DNA from: Perna viridis | Lineage: Eukaryota | DNA: 64,000 nt | NCBI GenBank assembly: GCA_037379345.1 | Contig: CM074516.1 | Coordinates: 30,479,626 to 30,543,625 of the forward strand | Direction: 5' to 3' | Made by a program: the position numbers and the translations under genes | The notes under the pieces: model-generated | The model's input: only the letters and a program-made list of their open reading frames with translations | Database searches by the model: none | What the model was told of the DNA's origin: nothing | In this document: one piece after another, positions 23,201 through 35,200 of the stretch | Position numbering within the stretch: position 1 is the stretch's first letter | How the letters are laid out: each line of letters begins with the position of its first letter

Positions 23201-26200
23201 CAATCATCATCTTAGCAATTTAGTTAATTAAAAGCATTTATATTGAAAACCTTTGAGAGTAAGAATTTAGTCCAGTTCATATAGTATTTAAGATGGAATT
23301 ACGATAAACCCAGTATGAATGGACCATTGGGTTTGATAAGAATTCTTGTTGACTACTTGTACCCACAGATTCTAGATTAAACATACAAGTACCCATTTTG
23401 GATTCTAGGTTAGAAGTTTAAAGCTCCTAAAATTGGTAAGTTTAGTAGTTCAAAATTCAGTGATATCAGATTGATACTTTCTGTTGTGGCTAATTTTCAC
23501 ATTATTGTCCAATATTCTTTTTAATTATAGGAATTAACTTTTATGCTTTAGAATGTGTCATAATGTAAAAATCTATTTTAGCAGTTACTACTTACTATAC
23601 CCTCATATATCATATATGTTTACAGTTTAGAAGCAAAAATTAGTAACCCACAAAAATACTACCTTTACAATTAGTCTTGTTCCACTTTTACTTGAAAATC
23701 CTAGATTCAATAGTGATCATTTAAACTAAATGAAAATGGAAAACCATTCTTTTGATATACAGAGCCAAAAGAAATCTGAAAATGAAAAAGGTCCTTGTAT
23801 TAATGTCTCTATGTCCAGAATCAGCTCTGTATTTAATGTGGAAACAGATTTGCCAATAGCTTATTAATATTTTCAGAAGCATTAGAAGGTCATGCCAATT
23901 GACCCACTATGGCAGAGATTATGGTTGAGTTGTCATCTAATTTGTAGCTTTGGTTATGAGAAATCCTTTTTAATTTTACAAGTTTAGAAATGATTATACT
24001 TCAGGATGCCAGTAAATCTATTCTTGTCGAGTATCAATTTTTTTTTACATTATGGAGGAGTTGAAATAAAGACTTGCTGTTAATGTAACCTTCTACATAA
24101 GTTTTAGTTGCACATTATGATAGCAATCAATAGTTCCTAGAAGATTGATGGATTGATTGTAGTTTTATGTGCTATGGCAGATATTTCATTGAACTGACAC
24201 TGTTTGTACAAGCCCAAAATGCTGAGCCCGCTATTAGATGTAATAGCTCACAGGAACAATAGCTCTCAGGGTGCCCAGACACCCCACTCAGCTACATAGT
24301 ACTAGCTCACCAAAACAATAGCCCTCAGGGTGCCCAGACACCCCACTCAGCTATATAGTACTAGCTAACCAAAACAATAGCCCTCAGGGTGCCCAGACAC
24401 CCCACTCAGCTACATAGTACTAGCTCACCAAAACAATAGCCCTCAGGGTGCCCAGACACCCCACTCAGCTACATAGTACTAGCTAACCAAAACAATAGCC
24501 CTCAGGGTGCCCAGACACCCCACTCAGCTACATAGTACTAGCTCACCAAAACAATAGCCCTCAGGGTGCCCAGACACCCCACTCAGCTACATGGTACTCA
24601 CAGAAACAATAGCCCACAGGGTGCCTAGACACCCCACTCAGCTACATAGTACTAGCTCACCAAAACAATAGCCCTCAGGGTGCCCAGACACCCCACTCAG
24701 CTACATAGTACTAGCAAACCAAAACAATAGCCCTCAGGGCGCCCAGACACCCCACTCAGCTACATAGTACTAGCTCACCAAAACAATAGCCCTCAGGGTG
24801 CCCAGACACCCCACTCAGCTACATAGTACTAGCTAACCAAAACAATAGCCCTCAGGGTGTCCAGACACCCCACTCAGCTACATAGTACTAGCTAACCAAA
24901 ACAATAGCCCTCAGGGTGCCCAGACACCCCACTCAGCTACATAGTACTAGCTAACCAAAACAATAGCCCTCAGGGTGCCCAGACACCCCACTCAGCTACA
25001 TAGTACTAGCTAACCAAAACAATAGACCTCAGGGTGCCCAGACACCCCACTCAGCTACATAGTACTAGCTTACCAAAACAATAGACCTCAGGGTGCCCAG
25101 ACACCCCACTCAGCTACATAGTACTAGCTCACCAAAACAATAGCCCTCAGGGTGCCCAGACACCCCACTCAGCTACATAGTACTAGCTAACCAAAACAAT
25201 AGCCCTCAGGGTGCCCAGACACCCCACTCAGCTACATAGTACTAGCTAACCAAAACAATAGACCTCAGGGTGCCCAGACACCCCACTCAGCTACATAGTA
25301 CTAGCTCACCAAAACAATAGACCTCAGGGTGCCCAGACACCCCACTCAGCTACATAGTACTAGCCATTTTATGCAATAGCCCGCAGGGTGCCCAGCACCC
25401 CACTCAGCTAAAAAGTACTAGCTCACAGAAACAATAGCCCGTAGGTTCCCCAGACACCCCACTCAGCTCTTTGGTACTAGCTCACAGAAACAATAGCCCA
25501 CAGAGTACCCAGAAACCCCACTCAGCTACATGGTACTCACAGAAACAATAGCCCACAGTGTGCCCAGACACCCCACTCACCTATATGGTACTACCCCACA
25601 GAAACTATTCTGCATGGTGCCCAGACACCCGACTCAGCTATTTGGTACTAGCTCACAGAAACAATAGCCCGCAGGTTCCCTAGACATCCCACTCAGCTAT
25701 TTGGTACTAGCTCACAGAAACAGTAGCCTGCATGGTGCCCAGACACCCCACTCAGCTATTTGGTACTAGCTCACAGAAACAATAGCCTGCATGGTGTCCA
25801 GACACCAACACTCAGCTACATGTTGCTAGCTCACAGAAACAATAGACCTCAGGGTGCCCAGACACCCCACTCAGCTACATAATCAGTGATAGTTCTGACT
25901 CATACCCAAACAGTTCTCACTCTAATATGGTAGTCTGTATTCCCCTGAATATTGTGTGCTTCTAGAAGATTGAAACTTGGGCTTCAAACTCATGTATCAG
26001 TTCTGCTATTATAAATCAGTGAATCAGGATCCTTGTTAGTCCTTTCTTTGTACATATAAGCCTTTTATTTCTGAATTTTGGAAATGTAACAGAATCTACT
26101 GGGAACAACCCAGCTTGTTAGAAGCAAAATTGTCTTAGCTATTTTTTTGAATAATGGAGATTTTTTTGGCAATTAACTCAAATTTTGCTGTCAACTCATC

Positions 26201-29200
26201 AGAATAAATCACTAACAACTTGTACAGTGACAGGCTATAAAATAGTACAGTAGAACCTGTTCAAACCAAACCCTGAATTTAATCAGAACCTGTAGAAACC
26301 AAACTCTGAATTTAATCAGAACCTGTAGAAACCAAACTCTGAATTTAATCAGAACCTGTAGAAACCAAATTCTGAAATCTGTCAAAACCAGTCATATCTT
26401 TTATAAGTCCTGTCACATCAGGCACACTGAACAACTGCCTAAACTGATCAAATCCCTCAGTCCAAAAGAGTATACATGGTTTATTCATGTTTCAATGTAT
26501 CCTGGAAAATGAGGTTAGTTATAGTACAACCTGATCTCTAGAAAGGCTAAGACGATCATTGGGAACTAACAGCAAGTGGTTAACATTAAATCATGTGATT
26601 TATAAATGTTTATAAAAAAGTACAATGTTGCTAATGTTATAAACTCTTTGATCTGGTATGATATATGTTAATCCTGTTCAATACCATAGAACAGGTGGTT
26701 ATAGAAACCCTTTGTAGCAGATTTTTAATGGTTTAAGCTCATAATACATTTATGAATTATGCTTTGTTCTGGATCTTTTGAGCTACTATTGAAAGACAAG
26801 AATAGGAGGTACATTACGGATATTTTGGAAAACATAAAGAGGTGTTCAATATATTGAATTTTCAATTTTGATTTTGTAGTTTCTTCATTAAATGAACTAC
26901 ATGTAAGTATACAAAAAAAACTTGAGCTTAATATTATGTATTCCCTAAATTGATGTTTATTTGCTGTACAAATAAAAATCAAGGTCTTTAATGCCCCCGT
27001 CATATTTGAATATTCGTCAAATGAAACTAATTGGAGCTACTGTGTGAAACACAGCAACTAGAATTACAAAAACTCACACCTAAATTTTGGACACCAATCC
27101 ATATCATATAGAGGAAGTGTAGGTAACTTAATTAGTATTTAAATTCTTCAAACATTTCATAACTTGTCAAATTTATAGCAGCTTCAAAGATGAAGAAGCA
27201 TTACATATCAGTTATGAAATTTTCATTTGATTTACATCAAACTGATTTTGGGAATTATCTCTGTATTTGTTTCTATCTCTAGACTGTATCTTCAGAGCAT
27301 TTTAATCTATGAGACTAGATTATTCATTCATCAAACTTGTTTCCTTATTTATTTATTCGATTATGTAAGAATGAGTTCCAATTTATTGGTCAATTATGAT
27401 AAAATCGTATTCAGTTTATACATATCATTATTTCTATACAGATTTATTGGTTAGAAAGTATGTTAAGTTTCCAGACATGCTGTAAACTAAATTGTTTTTG
27501 CAACCACTTTACTTTATTTTTTGCCCTTCTGCACAGGATATACAAGTACATGTTGTTTCCATATTTCATCACTGAATCCTCTTCTTTCAATTAAAGGTAT
27601 TTGAAGAATCTGCAATGTTTTGCCATTATTGTCAAGATACAAGTTTTCATAAAAAGTTGAAAAGCCATGACATTGTAGTTAAAAGTAGTTCTGTATAGAA
27701 TTTCAAAATTTTCAATTATTTTTATATCCCCTGCAAAGTGAGTTAGGGAGGAATTAGGAATCACCCCTCTGGTCTTTTTGTCTGTCCATATTTCATGTAA
27801 GTGCAACTCCTGTTAATCTGTTGAAAGGGTTGTGATGAAATTTCATAGAAAGATTACATGGGATTCATATGTATGTGTACAGGAAGGAATATAATTTCTG
27901 TTAGAGAACTCCAAATGATCATAATTGAACTCCATTTGAAGCAGTGATATTCTATTTATGAATTACTCACATCATATTTCACTGATTCATCTGGCACAAC
28001 ATAATGATCTTGACTTACTGGATATGTTCTTCACTCTTCTGTCAATTGATTTGGACAAGTTCTTAATAAAGAAAAAAATGTTACTAGAAAAAGTAAAATG
28101 GCAGTAACGTTCTAATGTTACTTATATGCTTTAACTATTCATGGTACTAAAATTACCCCTTTGTCTTTTGAAAATGATTATCCCATTGCCTGTGACCTTG
28201 GTGTACGTTCTAGGAATATTGTGACCTTTATAGTTCTTAAGACCTTGTGGATACTATACAATTAAAATTATTCTGTGATTTATTTAAACTTCAGTTCATA
28301 CTTAGTCCTTTTGCAAATCTTGAATCAAATTAATTTTCTATGCAATAATTTAAAGTTCAAGGTCACAGAGAAACAGAAAATTTCAAGGTTAATCATTGGG
28401 AAGTCTTTCTTGGCAATGCCCTATAAGGTGTCATTTAAAAAATAAGTCCTAAGCTGAAGAAGAGGGTGGTAAAAATGTTAATAAAATGGATAAGTCTGTC
28501 CTCACTGCCTTTTAAAAAAAAAACATCAATAAAGCCCAGTGAAGAGTTTAGTCTGGCAAACTGCTAGGATTGCCAGCTGTAAAGTTTGACTGATTTTTCA
28601 TTGTGAGTACTGCATTTCTTTGTATCAGGTCTAGGCGTTAAACACCCATTAATCAATCAATCAATTGTTTCAGGTCAAAACCGAGACCTGTCATTACCAG
28701 ATATAGTGACAGCAGAAGCCTTAGAGAATATTAAAGAAACCAGTGATTTGACTGTAATGGCTACAGTGAAACAGACCCCAGGAAATTCTGGCAGTATAGT
28801 GGCTTTCTCTACAGGCATTATTAGGTAAGGATAGTTATGACAGCTCACAAAACAGAAGGGCCAAGAAGCTCCCTATCAGTCTGTTTGTCTGTCAGTCAAT
28901 CTGTTTGATTTTCCATTTATCTTGTTATCCTTAACTGCTTAACTGATTTCATTGAAATTTTGGAGGAAGGTAAATTGAAGAAAGATAATTGTGTAATGTC
29001 TTTGATGTCTGTTAAGAAAATGATAGTGATAAATATTGCAGGTTAACTGCTAAATCTAGTTGTACCCGTACTAATTTGAACACTTGAACATGAGTATATT
29101 TCAAATGGCATACTTTATTATTGGCCAGAATATCCTGATGTCTCCCTAAAGAGACCTCTTACACACAATTTGCATTTGTTTAACTTAGATTATATTAAAT

Positions 29201-32200
29201 TGTATTTAAGTAAATTTTTGACCTCCCAACAGATAGGTGTTCAATAATATAGAATTAACAGTACCACATCTGTCAGGTTGGAAATTCTTTGATCAGAGGA
29301 GTAGAATGACCTAATGATGTATCGTTAACTGCTTTCTATTATATCTGTTATAAAACAAATCCTTCCTGTGTTGGATCTGTATATTTATTCAGTCAAAAGA
29401 CTCTACACAGGAGTGGCTGCTTATTTATAGAGAAATCCTAGTCATGCATTGTCCTATGAGGAATGTATGTTGTATATTTTTTTACTAAAGTTTTGACCAT
29501 AAATATTATGACCATAATATTAGCCATACACTAAAAAACCCATGACGTCAAGTCCCAATGTTTACAGACTATAATTGAAATATCCATATACATGTATAGT
29601 GCATTCTATGTAATATTAACCTATATATAAAGACCAACTGTATATGTGACCATAATTTTGCTAATATTATGTTTCAATAACTAAAGCATTATCTTCTAAG
29701 AGTTTCTATTATCAACTTTTTGTATTTCTGAAGGAACAAAGTGTGTCATAGAAAAAAAAAGAGGTAATAGAATCAAAATACACTAATACAGTCAAACGTG
29801 TTAAATGCCAACTGTATTCAGCAATAATCTGTTTTACATGTTACGGACACAGGGACTTGAGGTCATGAGTTAAATTCATTATATGAGCAAATATTTTACT
29901 AAAATGTTGTTTTAGGCCATGTGAGCTATTGCCATCACTTAGTGTTCATCTTTGTCGTCGTCGTCGTCATAAACAATTATACAAAACTCTTCTCCTCTGA
30001 AACTACTTGACTGATTAGAACCAAACTTGTATAAATGTTCCTTGGTGTATCCTGCATAGAACTGTTGTGGGGATTTTTGATTTGTCTAAAAACATGGCCA
30101 CTGTTACTAAAAATAGAACATAGGGGTCAGACAGTAGTTTTTCACATATATCTCCAAAACCGTTTGGTTTAGCTAAATTCTGACATGGGTAAAAGTGTTC
30201 AGCATGATGATATCTATCTCTGGTCAAATTTTGGTTTTAAACTGTTGAGTCATGTTGGAGATATTGCCCTTTTTCAACGATTTTTGCTATTTTTAATGTA
30301 TTTCTTTCAAAAATCTTCTCCTCTGACATTATTTGATCAATTGGAACCAAACTTGGTACTAATGTTCCTTGGTGTATCCTGCATAGAACTGATTTGGGGA
30401 TTTTTGATCCGTCAAAAAACATGGCAGCTGTTACTTAAAATAAAACATACAGTGTAGGGGTCAGACAGTAGTTTTTCACATATATCTCCAAATCTGTTAG
30501 GTTTAGCCAAATTCTTTCAATAGCTGAAATGATCCTTATTATTAGGACTACAAAAGTCTTCAGGGATAAAAGTTGTCAGATGACTCCTTGTAAGAGTTAT
30601 TGCCCTTGGAAGGGGAAACATGACTTTTTTTAACAGTTTTCAGTCAATATCTTGAAAACTGTGATAGATTAAAGGAAACTTTCAATTGTTGAAATGATCC
30701 TTATGATAAGCCCCACCAAATACTTCTTGAGTCAGAATTGTTGGACAATTTCTTGTTAAATTTGTTGCCTTTGAAAGGCAAAATTCAACCAGGTAGGCGA
30801 TTCGGGCTCCTGGGAGCCTCTTGTTACATTTTACTATACATGGCCATACACTAAAAAACCCATGACCTCAAGTCCCTATGTTTATAGACTATAATTGAAA
30901 TATCCATATACATGTATAGTGCATTCTATGTAATATTAGCCTGTATATAAAGACTAACTGTATACGTGACCATAATTTTGCTCTCCCTTGGAGGGTCACT
31001 TAAAACACATTTGAGAGCATTTGAGCTGTCAATTTCAGTCCACCAGAAATGGCTTCATATCCTTACTAAAATTGGGCATATTTTCATACAAAACTTTGAT
31101 ATTCATGTAAAATTAAAATCTCAGTTCATTCAGTATAGTATGATTAGTAAAAATTGTATAAAATCTCAGAAGATCTTAGTCTATGTGAAAGTTCAGGGTC
31201 ACCAATAGTTAATGTGTAAGGTCAAGGAAGGAGGTTAACAGGATATAATTTTGTGTGGGTGTTTCAGACAGCTGTACTTGATGATCTATATCTCCCCAGG
31301 TATTAAAGAATGTTACTCATTGACAAATCAGACTGTATGAATGGCTTATACAACATAGAAGTGAAAATTTATCTCCTTACATTCTTGTTGAATTAATTCT
31401 GAGCTCATCAACCTCGTGTTACGTAGCTAAAAACAGACAAGATATCTCAGTGTTTCCGGTACTTATGAGTGTCGAGGGTTGAGTTTCCCATGTCTGCAAG
31501 TGCTGCTCCTGAATGAGAGAAATTTTTGCCCTGATAACATTTTCAAGAGAAATAATTAAGGACGGTATTGAAAGAATCCTTACCAAGGGATCATTTATTT
31601 AGGTAATGATTTTGAAAGTTTTATATACAGAGTTGGTGTAACTTAAGCTCTGATAACCCACTAGGGTTAAACATTCATTCATCACCGTGGGTGGAATTTT
31701 GTTGATATATTGTTTGAGTTACAATAATCTTCTGTGGGAAATATTAACTAGGCATAAATGATAAAATGATTAAACTTGAAGTTGCATAACCCTGCTTGCA
31801 TTGCATTCAAAACCTTTTGTCATCAACATTGGCCTTTCAACTTCAAACAAATTTTGATGAAGACCTATGAATCAAGTTCTTTGATTTATGGTATTTTAAA
31901 AAATGCAGAATAGCAGTTACTCATTTATTTAGGGGCGGGTTCAGGATTTATACAGGGGCAGATCCAGGATTTATACAGGGGCAGATCCAGGATTTATACA
32001 GGGGTGGATCCAGGGTCTATACAGGAGTGGATCCAGGATTTCAGGTTAAGGGGGAATAATAGAATAAAATGCTGAGCAAAATGAAAAATATTTGGAGGTA
32101 TAATCAAGATTTCATGTAAAAAAAACATGATTTTCCATTTTCCTAATTTTAGGGGAGGGGGTGCCCTGGGTGCACCCCTACTTTAATCGGCATCTGTAAC

Positions 32201-35200
32201 AAATTATACATTATTTAAAGTAAAACTCCATTGCTAACCCTGGAGCACACATGACCTCAACTCATTTATAACTCACCTCTAAGATAATGAATAGGGGAAA
32301 AGAATCCTTTTGATTCATTCTTAAATTGCTTCAGCTAATTATTTTGTCAATGGGACACCTGGATTACTGTTGGTTGACTTTGTGTTTGGAATATTCTGAG
32401 ATATGAACTCCTGATGCTTATTTCCTGCCGTTTAGGATTCCTTGAAGGAATCTAATTTGCTAAAGCTTACTGCTACTTAGCATATTGCATTTCTAGCATA
32501 TATCTGTACTTTCTGGTGACTGGCTGGAATGTTTGTGACTGCTTAACCTCATGAGAGTTAAGGCTTTTTCCAGGTTTTCTGTTAACTAATGCATATGCCT
32601 GCTTAGCCCTATAAGTACTAGTATACCTCAGTTTTCTTAAAACTTGGTCTTGGATAACCAGGTCTAATGTTTGTGGCTAATTGGTCTCTTGAGAGTTTTG
32701 CATACCTGTAAGTTTGTGGTAACCAGCCTTATAAGCCTTGTGGATGCTTTAGTATACCGCAAGGTTTCTTCTAACCAAGTCTTTGGTAGCTAGTCCTAAT
32801 ATTTTTGGCAGCTTATCCTCTTCAGAGTTTAGCATATTCTAAGTTTGTGGTAACCTGGCCTTATGTGGGTTTTTAGCCTTGTGAGTACTTAGCATACCTC
32901 CAACTTGCTGGTCAACAGGCCTTAGGTTTGTAGCTGCTTAGCCTCACAAGTACTTACCTCCAGACTTCCATGAGGTTTAGCATACCTCCAGGTTGCTGGT
33001 CACCAGCCCTTAGGTTTGTAGCTGCATAGCCTCACAAGTACTTACCTTGACTTCCATGAGGTTTAGCATACCTCCAGGTTTGAGGTAACAGGCATGCCAA
33101 TTCATCATACTATATTACCAATCTAAAAAAATATGTGAGTCAATAGAAGAGTGAAATACTAAATGATTGAATTCAGCAAAAACTGAATATCTGTGATAAG
33201 ATATTTATTGTCTTAGATTTTAGAAATGTACAGTTATGTCTAAAGTTAACAGTTTTTTTTCAATGAAGCTATCAATTTAGAAAGATATTTCAATGAAAAC
33301 ATGTCACTTTTAATAAGTTTTTATGAATGAATCTGGCAGAACTTGCTTCCTCCTTATATAAATAAGATAACCCCTTGCCCCAGATATGAATAGATCTTTA
33401 TTTTGTTCAATCATTTTCTAACAGTAGACCTCCACTGAGCAAGCCATAAATGTTCCTCTGGCCCATTTGTTCAGCCTGAAATTTATATGAGATCATAGTC
33501 TGTACAATTTCATGGGCCAATTTGTGGGCTTCTAATAGGCCAACATTTTATTTCTATGTTTATAAGCTGTATGGTTGCATTATTTTTTCTGATTTCTTCA
33601 TCATTACTACATTTGCAATTTTATGTCACCTGATCTGTGGTTACAGCTGTAAACAATATCAACCATGTCACAGTTTGTTTTTTCATCCATTCATACATAA
33701 ATATTTGCTTTCTATATTTCAATACTATAAAGCATATTTTGCATTAGTATAATTTTCAACACCTGGAATCAGACATACTTGCATGTTCTATGACATTGAA
33801 TCACAACCTCATCTTCAACTTTGACCTTTCATCAAAACTCCTCATTCATATTTTGCATCATTTCTATTTTCTGCATGATTTTCAATTTCATGGTATTTGA
33901 GGCCGAACTGAGAACCAAGTGAAGGTCAGTCATCTGTAGCCAATGGTATTTTGCATCATTGTTATCAATGCACCTGTATTCTGCTATATTTGACAGCTTC
34001 CTGACCTGAAATAAAATCCCATTCATAACTTTGACCCTCAGTCAGCCCTCCCATTCATATTTTGCATCATTGCTATTTCACAGTTTTTTTTCCTGTAGTA
34101 CATCTGGATTTATTTGACAGGAAGTTTCATTTAAGTACAAGTCCTGGTAAAAATGAGGCAAAATGTTTAAATTCTGATAATGTATGTCAATAAAAACCAT
34201 CAATTCACCCAAAGAAATCTTCTATATTCATATTGACCACTTATTAGATCTCTGCATCACTGGGTATGTTTTTTGAAATTGTTCATTAGAATGGTAGAAA
34301 ATTAAGGTTTTGAGTTATTTGACCTTGAAGTGTTTAACTGTTTTCAGTGCATTTCAATGAAATTATAGCTAATTTTACCAGAATTATATGGACAAATATT
34401 TAATTTATTTCTTGTATCTAATTGTTCAATTGTCAAATTACACTGTCAGAGGTATACTCATACCATGTTTCACCTGCTGCCTGAATCTTAAGAAGACTGA
34501 CATTTAACATCTGGATGAAGATAGACATGGCACACGACAACTTAAGGGCTGCTGTATTTCATTCAGGTTTTGTCAGACATAAAGTGAATTTTAACCAGTT
34601 TAATGTGCTTTAATGGGGTTACTGGGGTGTAAACACATGCTTAATTTAGTTTTTGTAGCATTCAGTGGATGGGAACCTTTAACAAACCAGAAACACAGAA
34701 AATGAATTTTAGGTGTGTTTTAATCAGCCTAAAATTTACCAGTGGTTTAGGAACTAAATCTGTTGGTATAATCTGAGAAACTCATGACATGGTTGACCTC
34801 TGCTTGTTTGATCTGTCCTATATTGCTAATTACTTCATTGTAAATGTAATTAGTTTTGATATATGAACAAACTCATGTAAAATGATGCTATTTAGACTGA
34901 CTATTATGTATTTCATTTCTTCAAAAAAAAAATGTAGTCTATGAAGCAGCATTCTTACCTTATTTTTTCAAATGTTTTCTGTATTCTGATTACGTACCCT
35001 TTTATATTTCCCTTTTACAAAATTTTGATATATTGAAATTAAAGAACCTGAAATCTTGCATTTGTACATGTGTTTTCACAGTGACATGTAATCAAATTAT
35101 GATTACAGAAACAGATCTTTTTAAATTCTAATGCTCTTAATTTGTAAAAGAATTATCAAGGTTGAATTAGAAATATGTAACTTCAACATTAAGTATTATT

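Noticed and set aside
24243-25881. CRISPR-like interpretation of the regular arrays (also 8238-8680 and 53488-53727)
   Set aside because: Head-to-tail repeats with no unique spacers, no cas genes, eukaryotic intronic or intergenic context.
30015-30457. Cluster of short ORFs
   Set aside because: They lie within internal repeats of a non-autonomous HINE-like element; no Rep or helicase motifs.
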